IMG/VR virus record: IMGVR_UViG_3300042553_000685
Source: a virus
Length of the DNA stretch: 64,000 nt
Reading direction: 5' to 3' (one strand)
The position numbers were made by a program, and so were the translations under genes. Under the pieces are notes generated by a model. That model worked only from the letters and a program-made list of their open reading frames with translations, was not told the origin of the DNA and did not search any database. Numbering within the stretch: position 1 is the first letter of the stretch; every line of letters starts with the position of its first letter. Positions 45,201-52,649 of the stretch are shown piece after piece.

Positions 45201-47297
45201 AAGAGAGGCTGCACCTATACTCCTGAGGGTGCGCTTCTCACCATCGATGCTACTGGTGAAGTTATTGATCTTATGACTAAGAGTAATACCTTTACTGAGT
45301 GGGCTCGAGCCAACAGTGTTAAAGAGGTCATCTCTTTTAATATGGCCCGCGACCTGTGGGATTCCATCTCCTCCGTAGTAACTAACGATGACATCAAGGT
45401 AATCGACATCGACGATACCAGCGTCCGTATCGAAGAAACAGTAGAGGTTATATACGGCTATCTGCCGTATGATATCGAGATAGCCACTCCTCGTGAGTCC
45501 GTAGCATTCTCCAAAATGACTATGGAACAGGTGGGTATTGTGGCTCTACAGAACCGCTCTTGGGGCGAAGCACTCATGGAGGAGGTTAAGTACGATAACG
45601 TCATGTCCATAGTTAGTATGATCACGTCTAAAAACTGTGCTGCTCACATTAACATCAGCACTACTGAGGGGCGTGACCATCTACGGAACATTATCGGCGT
45701 AGTTAACAACTACGTTTCTGATAGCACCCCCGGCAGTGACCGCAAACTGCTAGAGCGTTTTGCTACCATCTATCCAGATGGAGTGGATATCGTTGCCCAG
45801 AATAACGGTAATGAGGTCTCTCTTCATATCAATGGTAAGGCCCTAAGCGCGTTCGGTACCTTCTCTGGCGCCTCCGCTACTGGTATTATGCTAGACCTCT
45901 TGACACTGTTGGCCTACGTTACTGATGTAGGAATTGAAGACCAAAGCGGTTTGGATAGTAAAATCTACTCCATGACCGCTAAGGTCAGCCGCGGTTTACG
46001 CACATGGTGTAACACCATGGTTAAATCCAAAAGCATTCTGAAAAGTATGGCCCGCGCTGGCGATGTGGTCGTTGGTAAGGTCAAGACCAGCTATAGCCCC
46101 TTGCTCCATAGCTCTGATGGCGTGCCTGTAATTCTCATGCACCCCGATTGCCCTATGGTGCGTATGCTTGGCATCGAAGAAGGTCAGGTTATTGGGATAC
46201 AACGGACTCCTATGGGCTTCGTCCTATGCGGCCGCGTTAAGTTCTCTGCTACTGATGCCTTTATCGCACACTACACAATCAACCCTCTCCTATGGCACGC
46301 CGTTAACGAAGGCGATGCTGATGGTGACCAGTGCGGCGGCATTAATGCTCACAAGTATAGCATCGATGCTGAGAGTGCCCTCACTATCAATGCTAGTCTC
46401 ATGGGCATGGGCGGCTACTTCTACTGCTACGAAGCAGATGACCTGCCGTTCTTCGCCTTCATGAGTTATGAAGATAAGATGGGCAAGAAATCCCTCACTA
46501 AGTGGGATAAGCCTGTAGCTACTGCTATCGCTGTTGATAAGTATGTAAGCGATGCTGCTGAAGTGCACACGCATTATAAAGTAGCCGTAGGTGTCGGCTA
46601 CGGCATCTGCTCCGCACTTGCCTTCCAGACCTGGGATAGTATGTACCGCGCTAGCGGCGTCGATACCGACGCACTTAAAGCATGTGTTATCGCTTGGCGT
46701 TTCGTTTATGAAAGCATGGGTCTCGGGGGCTATACCCCTGAGGCTAAGATCTTCATGGCTACCTTAGTGCAAGCAGCTCGCGCCTGGGCTGCTGGCGTAT
46801 CTATGTATAAGTCGTTGCAAGACGGGTTATACTACTCTGCCAACTCCACTAAGCTTGCGGATACGGATCGCCAGGGAGGTAGTGTACCTCCTGCTCGGGT
46901 TATGGCTAACCTTATGCCTGCTAAACTAGCTAAGGAGCCCGCGGTAATCTACCATCTTATAAAGGCCCGCGCCCGTACTCTCACATACGGCGCTCTCGAA
47001 CGGGGCAACTTCGCTCGCAAGAGCCTTATCATGTCATCTGCCATATACGGAGCCTTCCGTCGTACTGGCCAGGGTCATGATCCTGTGGTTCCTATGACTC
47101 AGGATGACGCGGCCAGTTATGGCGCTGATGATATCGTCCCCGTTAGTGTGTTCGACATGGTAAGTGAGTTCCAACTCTCTAACTATGTCAAGAACCCTCA
47201 ACTCAAGCAGCTGTTGGAAATCGCAACTGCTGTACATCTCGATCTCGGTGACTACAAACTAGAACTCGCTGAAGCTGAAGATCATCCTGATTTCTAA
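42216..47297 (+). CDS. 1,693-aa protein: Arg-rich N-terminus + HExxH + beta-prime-like double-psi-barrel motif (DADGDQ)
   Basis: Uninterrupted ORF. I prefer ATG 42216 (MNTINSIVFQ) after cassette I. HELVH is at 42984-42998. IQRTPMGFV...TINPLLWHAVNEGDADGDQCGGINAH is at 46197-46352. E. coli beta-prime, for comparison, has [10 protein letters not shown]...[21 protein letters not shown]. Confidence 0.85.
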   Translation: MNTINSIVFQSNVLVASIGAVIANTRVTTRRVGPGRRAQQIASRRANRVVRRRSRRIASAGRPIRSLPQSQRPCVVKSARRTLRRAAAATVLAARKPVLRNRNVVDKLILRQRKAKPIMRAVSAVFARPSRPTNTGTGTKAVATVVNNAAGSIIAALDQGRLNYRGNGRTCVGKKYKTKNAKAVLAIAKAAKATDKAARVKRCMSVVVPELPSDVLACRMRVVGKLCGVTFVQGDIASYCDNVVTIPSFEDIYAITHELVHHCQALGLTEDLDIALVSEAAIGAGSAQWHDTKSFYEGTEHENDEYEAALLMYDPALVARLLCTHYLMTAFVESGAPGPDDTWMDVVDSLDPAICREVVGLDDRVLDYKTYGEYAEAVGYDDTNTLLDWEFVFNNSVNNDNAVALTIQAIDGLIGAAPAAVTPTHPLSNIGAPTKGLESDSSSNNTTNTSTTMKSIIEMLIPDPSTLGGAVSPKQEARITGARKELTRLFGANNFDLLPEGPILYVVSGYNRMCKKFLALLDHRVVYTTDSKMNPKVINLGVTKSIPYEDDKHTYTTKTECLVSMYSEHFLTKLATWSGDDLAALVGCLCIKQHRIVSVEGPCVVIKGNNRNTTFNFSTGTVNDGRQSRIANELVKVGGKDYSGRVALVALCMKVVYNATGARAILNEVTNLWREDINYGAQPKEGQSLFEINRCMSRPVVFKPWDKAFPFLQVENVGLAPSDLELSLKAGVIAAPDKYNSKWIAVGKGAKAMFLGLKDSKIYSIHDFSKPTKVYNRPPSSGKYTRAEVVGRHDSLLRVDLGDGSYSCGGGLYLRTAFTNSRFGFGSGVAAIRRDLEFEYTVPKTITKEFHVLRIPSEVRALMAADLDDPMSKLMEVIEGKIEKAKGQVYAPGNPIISIMRGKYCIVKNETFAQDIRVIGGTVTRNGVEGRADSVTIRLETEMVGRDQALKLRGLGKKLTTLPYDVEGLSQPWDIILNNETTKGWPALIEMFAIEKRGCTYTPEGALLTIDATGEVIDLMTKSNTFTEWARANSVKEVISFNMARDLWDSISSVVTNDDIKVIDIDDTSVRIEETVEVIYGYLPYDIEIATPRESVAFSKMTMEQVGIVALQNRSWGEALMEEVKYDNVMSIVSMITSKNCAAHINISTTEGRDHLRNIIGVVNNYVSDSTPGSDRKLLERFATIYPDGVDIVAQNNGNEVSLHINGKALSAFGTFSGASATGIMLDLLTLLAYVTDVGIEDQSGLDSKIYSMTAKVSRGLRTWCNTMVKSKSILKSMARAGDVVVGKVKTSYSPLLHSSDGVPVILMHPDCPMVRMLGIEEGQVIGIQRTPMGFVLCGRVKFSATDAFIAHYTINPLLWHAVNEGDADGDQCGGINAHKYSIDAESALTINASLMGMGGYFYCYEADDLPFFAFMSYEDKMGKKSLTKWDKPVATAIAVDKYVSDAAEVHTHYKVAVGVGYGICSALAFQTWDSMYRASGVDTDALKACVIAWRFVYESMGLGGYTPEAKIFMATLVQAARAWAAGVSMYKSLQDGLYYSANSTKLADTDRQGGSVPPARVMANLMPAKLAKEPAVIYHLIKARARTLTYGALERGNFARKSLIMSSAIYGAFRRTGQGHDPVVPMTQDDAASYGADDIVPVSVFDMVSEFQLSNYVKNPQLKQLLEIATAVHLDLGDYKLELAEAEDHPDF

Positions 47298-47304
47298 TTA
47301 CAAT

Positions 47305-47375
47305 GGGGTCATATGACCCCTGGGGCCACCTGGCCCCTTTTTCTTTTAGTGGAGCTCTTTACTCCATATGATAGG
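47305..47375 (+). promoter_or_regulatory. Early cassette J (double hairpin; no ORF follows)
   Basis: ggggtcatatgacccc t ggggccacctggcccc tttttcttttagtggagctctttactccatatgatagg. It lacks SD/ATG and leads into the repeat region. Confidence 0.5.
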
Positions 47376-47395
47376 TAGTATCTGGTATTGCCCAT

Positions 47396-47757
47396 GACAG
47401 CGAATGTTACTAGCGGCGGCTTATGCTCGTGACGGCGAATTCTATTAGCGGTGGCAATAAACTATCTGTTGGGTACTCCCTAAGCACCCAGCAAGAGCTG
47501 CGTTAGTTTCATTAGCCACTCCCTTTCAGAAGAGCTATTGTCGCGATAGCTACCATAGCTATATTAGCCACTCCCCAACGGAGGAGCTTATGGTACTCGA
47601 GCTGCGAAAGTAGCCAGTGCCACTCCCCAACAGAGGGGCTTGTGTCGCACTAGTCGTGATAACTACTATAGCTGCACTAGCTGCTCTAGCCACTCCGTTG
47701 GGGAGGGCCTATGGTACTCGAGCTGCGAAAGTAGTCGATACCACTCCCCAACGGAGG
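47396..47757 (+). repeat. Non-coding array of short repeats and hairpins (candidate structured RNA or origin/iteron region)
   Basis: A 25-nt pair at 47396-47420 / 47431-47455 (20/25 identical). gccactcc-ccaac-ggagg-type hairpin units at 47567, 47619 and 47740, plus one at 47689 with the loop inverted (gttgg). A 24-nt duplicate atggtactcgagctgcgaaagtag at 47590 and 47711 contains a GCUGC-GAAA-GUAGC hairpin. Confidence 0.7.
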
Positions 47758-47798
47758 GATATAACCTCTAATTACTCATTATTACCTATTAGCTAGCC

Positions 47799-48485
47799 AT
47801 GAGAACACAACGCGCCGCCAAAACCACCGCAGGAACCACCGCCAAAACCACTACTACTCTATCCCCTATAGAAGCATTCAAAGCAGCGGTAGCAGAACCT
47901 AAACCACAGGAATCCAAAGCGCAACTGCTTTTCTCAATAGCGTTTACAACTAAGTTCCTTCCAGAACGCATGTGGAGCAAAATGTGTGCCGATGGAACCG
48001 TCCGGCTAATCGGCACAGTCGCGCGGACTAATAACATTACCCATCAGGGCAACCCAGTCAACAACGACCAGTTAGCTGGTCTCACAGTTGAAGTCCGGGT
48101 AACACCGGACCAATTTGAGATTATCACTGATGGCGCTGAAGACATGGTAGGAGGGGGCGTCTCTATCCTGTTTGAAGTAGGGGAGCCCAGCTTATCTGAA
48201 CTCACCGCAGCAAACGGTGAGGAAGTCAATAGCATTGTCTTCTACGCTAAGTCCTTATTAGGCATAGAAGTCAATCAGACTGCTATCGGCAGCCTAGGCT
48301 TTGAGACAAAGGAAAAGATGGATGACTGGTTCTTAGCAGCGCGGTCTCAGAATAATAATCGGCAGAAGCGCCGGCAGGAGGAACGTACTTCCCGACTGCA
48401 AGCTGCTCGTGCAGCAGCAGATGCAGCAAATAATAATAATACGGAGTGGGCGGCCCCTGCCGCAAGCACCAATCCTATGGAATAA
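47799..48485 (+). CDS. Hypothetical protein with basic Ala-rich tail
   Basis: 228-codon ORF. The C-terminus NNNRQKRRQEERTSRLQAARAAADAANNNN parallels the tail of ORF 41420..42157. Confidence 0.6.
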   Translation: MRTQRAAKTTAGTTAKTTTTLSPIEAFKAAVAEPKPQESKAQLLFSIAFTTKFLPERMWSKMCADGTVRLIGTVARTNNITHQGNPVNNDQLAGLTVEVRVTPDQFEIITDGAEDMVGGGVSILFEVGEPSLSELTAANGEEVNSIVFYAKSLLGIEVNQTAIGSLGFETKEKMDDWFLAARSQNNNRQKRRQEERTSRLQAARAAADAANNNNTEWAAPAASTNPME

Positions 48486-48574
48486 GAATCAGCTGACCTT
48501 ATCGGAGGTCGGCTGATATACGCCTCTCTACCAGTAGAGAGGCGTATAAACCGTTCTACTACAGAGAGAAGGAA

Positions 48575-49585
48575 ATGAACGCTACACCACACACAATAAT
48601 ATCTAGACAGGGCGTCGAACAAAATAGAAGACAGTTTAAAGAACAACCCTTCGGGGAAGATTTGGGCAACGACATAACCTTAGAAATGGTTGCTATCCCA
48701 GGGGGAACTTTCCTGATGGGTTCATCGCCAAATGAGAAATATAGTTTTGATGATGAACACCCTCAACATCAAGTAAGTGTCCCACCCTTTTTCATGGGTA
48801 AATACCCCATCACTCAGGCTCAGTGGAAAGAGGTTGCCTCTCGCACAGATTTAAAAGTTGAAAGAGACCTTGATCTCAACCCAGCCTATTTTAAAGACCG
48901 TCCCGATAGTGATCGCCGCCCCGTAGAACAAGTCAACTGGTACGATGCCGTTGAATTTTGTGCGAGATTATCGATACTGACGGGAAGGGAATACCGACTA
49001 CCGAGTGAAGCGGAATGGGAATACGCTTGTCGTGCTGGAACTACTACCCCATTCTACTTTGGGGAAACCATTACAGGGGAATTGGCTAACTATGACGCCA
49101 GCGAAACAACTCCCGTGGGACAATTTACACCCAATGCCTTCGGACTGTACGATATGCACGGCAATGTCTGGGAATGGTGTGCTGATACTTGGCATGATAA
49201 CTATGACGGTGCGCCTAGTGACGGTAGTGTTTGGCTTGATAATAATCAAGAGGAAAATATTGATGGAAAGAGCAGATTCGGCACATATTCTGTCATGCGG
49301 GGCGGTTCTTGGTGCATACATCCGTCTTACTGCCGTTCCGCTTCCCGCAGCAGCCGCGATCGCCGCGACTACTTCAACCTCTACGGTTTTCGGGTAGTCT
49401 GCGTCGACCTTGATCGCGAGGGTGCTGATTCCCCTCGATTTTGGGATAAAGCTGATCGCTTGATGGTGGTGACGGTAGGAGGTGCAGCCCTAGGTGGATC
49501 GATTGCGGGAGTTTACGGTGCGGTTATTGGTGCGATATTAGCGGCGGGCTGCGGATGGTATATTACCTTTAGGAAAGCAAAATGA
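48575..49585 (+). CDS. FGE-sulfatase (SUMF1/formylglycine-generating-enzyme-like) domain protein with C-terminal TM segment
   Basis: MVAIPGGTFLMGS...HQVSVPPFFMGKYPITQAQW...VNWYDAVEFCARLS...YRLPSEAEWEYACRAGT...GLYDMHGNVWEWC...RGGSW...GFRVVC. The C-terminus has VVTVGGAALGGSIAGVYGAVIGAILAAGCGWYI. Confidence 0.85.
   Translation: MNATPHTIISRQGVEQNRRQFKEQPFGEDLGNDITLEMVAIPGGTFLMGSSPNEKYSFDDEHPQHQVSVPPFFMGKYPITQAQWKEVASRTDLKVERDLDLNPAYFKDRPDSDRRPVEQVNWYDAVEFCARLSILTGREYRLPSEAEWEYACRAGTTTPFYFGETITGELANYDASETTPVGQFTPNAFGLYDMHGNVWEWCADTWHDNYDGAPSDGSVWLDNNQEENIDGKSRFGTYSVMRGGSWCIHPSYCRSASRSSRDRRDYFNLYGFRVVCVDLDREGADSPRFWDKADRLMVVTVGGAALGGSIAGVYGAVIGAILAAGCGWYITFRKAK
49356..49363. repeat. HIP1 (GCGATCGC) site
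   Basis: The only GCGATCGC I noticed in the window. It lies inside the FGE-like gene. Confidence 0.6.
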
Positions 49586-49624
49586 AAACTTTGTTATCAG
49601 CAATCAAATAATAGAGGTTATGTC

Positions 49625-49990
49625 ATGTTGTCATTTGAAGAGCTTCAGAGTAAAGCATTAGCAGAGAAACAATTGCTGTCATATGAAGAGTTTCAGAATC
49701 GGGTCTTAGAGGTATTTAATGCCTCTGAAGAAGAGTGCGATTTTTATGATTTCTCGCGTAGTTTCGTTGCAGAAATTAGTTACACTAATCGCCAGTGGTT
49801 ACAGTTTGTGATCAAGTATATCACAGACCCTGAAAACTGTTACTGTGGCCACTGGATTACCGTAAAAAGGTACGACAAGGCCTGTAAGAGTATTACTGAG
49901 TTATTGCCTCAAGCAATAGAAGTTCTTGCACAAAGAACAGAGGAAAGTATAAAAGAAGAAATTGCTGTTTTTAACCAATTAAAGAAGTAA
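49625..49990 (+). CDS. Hypothetical protein
   Basis: 121-codon ORF with ATG and an SD-like agagg upstream. Lower GC, like the FGE gene. Confidence 0.55.
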   Translation: MLSFEELQSKALAEKQLLSYEEFQNRVLEVFNASEEECDFYDFSRSFVAEISYTNRQWLQFVIKYITDPENCYCGHWITVKRYDKACKSITELLPQAIEVLAQRTEESIKEEIAVFNQLKK

Positions 49991-50004
49991 TTAGGGAGTA
50001 AAAA

Positions 50005-50190
50005 ATGAGCCTCTGCCTATCATGCGCCCGTCCTAAAGATAAAGACCCGTGTATGGGTCAATTCTCTGACGGGCATTACTATTGGGGAACTCCAGTAGTT
50101 CGGTCCGAATTGGAGAAGGTACCTTCTTGGGTACGGGATAAAGAAGTATATTCTGTTAAGGAGTGCAGCAGATGGGAAGAAAACCCTTAA
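50005..50190 (+). CDS. Small Cys-containing hypothetical protein
   Basis: 61-codon ORF with agggag upstream. Confidence 0.45.
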   Translation: MSLCLSCARPKDKDPCMGQFSDGHYYWGTPVVRSELEKVPSWVRDKEVYSVKECSRWEENP

Positions 50191-50801
50191 GTGCCTTAAT
50201 AATATGTGCAATAACGGCACTCGGCGTAGCTGCATTCGCTGGCGTAGGATCTAACCTATCGAAGGCCTCGCCTTCCATATGTAGCGCTAATAATGACAAG
50301 GTAGTAGATAGAGTTAAGGTAATCACATCCACCGATCCCCTACTTGCCTCTAATAGGAGAGGCTGTTATGTATATATACCCTTAGATGGGCCCCCGCCTG
50401 AGATAGGCGAGCGGTTAACTATACGAGGGAGAATGGTGAATGGTGAGTTTAAGGGCACCTATAACCGTACTTATCTAGACTATGATAGTGATAGCAACCC
50501 TAGGCTTAAGAAGCGGTTCCTCAGAATAGAGGAGCCCTTACAAGAGACCGAACCTGGTTCTGGTTACTATCTGTTAGGTAACCTCAGCCTACGCGTCGAT
50601 GCGCTCGACGTGCGGGCCATCAATTATGCGTTACGACACGGCGGTGTCGTATACGCCATCATCGAATGGGACCAAGGTGTAGTTTATACTATGACCTTCG
50701 TTAACGAGACCGAGTTCTATGAGGCCATAAAACGTGCTAGATACACTACTCGCTCTTATACTAGGGAGGAGGCCCCCGCCCATACCAGTAGAGCTATGTG
50801 A
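50172..50801 (+). CDS. Hypothetical protein with N-terminal signal/anchor
   Basis: I prefer ATG 50172 (MGRKPLSALIICAITALGVAAFAG) with AAGGAG 8 nt upstream. Confidence 0.55.
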   Translation: MGRKPLSALIICAITALGVAAFAGVGSNLSKASPSICSANNDKVVDRVKVITSTDPLLASNRRGCYVYIPLDGPPPEIGERLTIRGRMVNGEFKGTYNRTYLDYDSDSNPRLKKRFLRIEEPLQETEPGSGYYLLGNLSLRVDALDVRAINYALRHGGVVYAIIEWDQGVVYTMTFVNETEFYEAIKRARYTTRSYTREEAPAHTSRAM

Positions 50802-51039
50802 TATAAAGCGCCATAATGGCGCCCACGTGACAATTAGGAAGGCCTGGGTTAAGAGCACTACATACTCTAACCCTCTACTACCCGACCATGCCTACGCCCT
50901 CCTATACGAGGACGTAGGCACTAGTAGGTGCAGTGTACTTATCCTGGCTAAAAGAATACGCAGCGGTAGGTTTATAGAAGTAACGGGTAACGTTAGTAAC
51001 GGCACGTTAATTAACGTTACCTTTAAAACATTACCTTAG
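50734..51039 (+). CDS. Hypothetical protein (start uncertain)
   Basis: 101-codon ORF overlapping the previous gene by 68 nt. Confidence 0.35.
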   Translation: MLDTLLALILGRRPPPIPVELCDIKRHNGAHVTIRKAWVKSTTYSNPLLPDHAYALLYEDVGTSRCSVLILAKRIRSGRFIEVTGNVSNGTLINVTFKTLP

Positions 51040-51049
51040 GGTAAGTCAC

Positions 51050-52093
51050 ATGACAATCGTATTGGGGGCACTGGCCCTCATAGTATCTCTGATACCATAT
51101 CTCAGTATCGAGATTCTGTTGATGGCGCTTATGCCGCTTATTAGCGGCGATAACGCGATGGGCGTATTAGCTATAGTGATAATTGGCACTATCACCAGTG
51201 AGGCCCGCATGAGTAACCCGGCCTTCACTGGTATGAGGGTAGTTACCGCCACTAGCGGGTACGACGCATCGGCTTCGCTGTTAATACGCATCACCAGCCT
51301 AATTGGTGGCATAGTAGCCAGTCTAGGCATAGTAGTCATGGACCAATACCTCGGTGTATCTCATATGTGGATAACGCCATTAATGATGGTCATCTTCATA
51401 TTGGTGCAGTGTTGGGGCCGCGCCGAGATGGTAGGTCTAGCCGTGATAACGGCTATCTTCCTATGGTTCCTGCATAGTCAGCCCCACGCTACTACCATCC
51501 TGGGTATGGGGGGCTACGTTATGGCCAGCCTAATACGCCCCGCTAGGCGTAAGACTGAGGACTGTGAGACCAGCAATGCGCTGGGCATCGCTATATCACT
51601 AGGACCATTCCTGGCTATTGGGTTACCTGTAGCCGCAGCCGCCCCTGATGGTAAGACTGAATCCTATCTCGAAGCGGTAGTGCGGGGCATATCATTGGGA
51701 CTAGTCATGTTAGGTAATAGTAGTGGGCGAGATGCCATGAGTTCCTATCTGGCCCTAACGGATGTAGATCAGTTGAATTGGCCCGCCTTCGTCGGCGTAG
51801 TAGTGTTACTGACGCCCCTATTCTTATCAGCCTATTGGCTGACCATCTGGATGATAAGGAGTCCTATGTGGCAACGCTGGTTACACGCCGGCCCCACTCG
51901 CCTTATCAATCTAGGTGTAACGGCGGCCGCGCTGGTCGTGTTGATGGCATCGGCTCACGTTAGTATTCTATTCCTACCGGGGGCCGTATGTCTAGGACTG
52001 ATGTATATGGTAGGGGAGTTATCAGGAATAGATAAGATGCTACCCTTCCCCATACTAATAGTCGTCAGTTATATAAGCCAATGGGTCTCCTAG
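51050..52093 (+). CDS. Polytopic membrane protein
   Basis: 347 codons with many hydrophobic stretches (about 8-10 predicted TM segments by eye). Confidence 0.6.
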   Translation: MTIVLGALALIVSLIPYLSIEILLMALMPLISGDNAMGVLAIVIIGTITSEARMSNPAFTGMRVVTATSGYDASASLLIRITSLIGGIVASLGIVVMDQYLGVSHMWITPLMMVIFILVQCWGRAEMVGLAVITAIFLWFLHSQPHATTILGMGGYVMASLIRPARRKTEDCETSNALGIAISLGPFLAIGLPVAAAAPDGKTESYLEAVVRGISLGLVMLGNSSGRDAMSSYLALTDVDQLNWPAFVGVVVLLTPLFLSAYWLTIWMIRSPMWQRWLHAGPTRLINLGVTAAALVVLMASAHVSILFLPGAVCLGLMYMVGELSGIDKMLPFPILIVVSYISQWVS

Positions 52094-52194
52094 TGTAATA
52101 CTAGGCCCCAGTGGGGCACTAGGGGACATCGACTGCGGCCTAATCGGCGGCACTGGGTGTACCCATCCATTAACTACATACGCCGGAGAGCTAT

Positions 52195-52434
52195 ATGCCT
52201 ATAGAATTAGATGCGCGTCACGTAGCGTATCTATCACTGTTCATGTTCGCGGTGATCGTGCTGGTCATCACGCATAGTGTAGCGGTATTGCTAATCGTAG
52301 CATTCCTGGCCCGCGCGCTCTATCTATCGAGCTCCAAGCGGAGCAATGCGCGTATCATACTATCACCTAATGGTGTAGAGAGTCGAGTAGGCGGGAAGAG
52401 CTACTGGAAGATAGGGGAGGTAGGAAATGTCTAG
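52195..52434 (+). CDS. Small membrane protein
   Basis: 79 codons with a TM stretch YLSLFMFAVIVLVITHSVAVLLIVAFLA. ggagag lies upstream. Confidence 0.5.
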   Translation: MPIELDARHVAYLSLFMFAVIVLVITHSVAVLLIVAFLARALYLSSSKRSNARIILSPNGVESRVGGKSYWKIGEVGNV

Positions 52435-52603
52435 CTACCCCATTCATCTATATAGTCTAGCCATTAAGCCGCGATATAAAGAACTAGTAGTTCTTGTATC
52501 CAAGGCATGTCTGGAGATGAAGAAGGCCCCCGCAGGGGGGACCAGCCGTCAAGTATGGCCATACTACGGAGCCCGCCGCGGAGAAGAGTGGCCGCACCAC
52601 TAA
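52427..52603 (+). CDS. Small hypothetical protein (58 aa)
   Basis: The ATG overlaps the previous stop, with ggggagg upstream. Below the ORF-track cut-off. Confidence 0.3.
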   Translation: MSSYPIHLYSLAIKPRYKELVVLVSKACLEMKKAPAGGTSRQVWPYYGARRGEEWPHH

Positions 52604-52649
52604 GGGGCACCAGGTCCCGCCTTATCAATTAACCAACTAACGAGGTAAT

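Noticed and set aside
47511-47757. The gccactcc...ggagg units as a CRISPR array.
   Set aside because: The units are only about 18 nt, irregularly spaced (52-70 nt), and one is an inverted hairpin. The intervening sequences are themselves duplicated. No cas genes are nearby.
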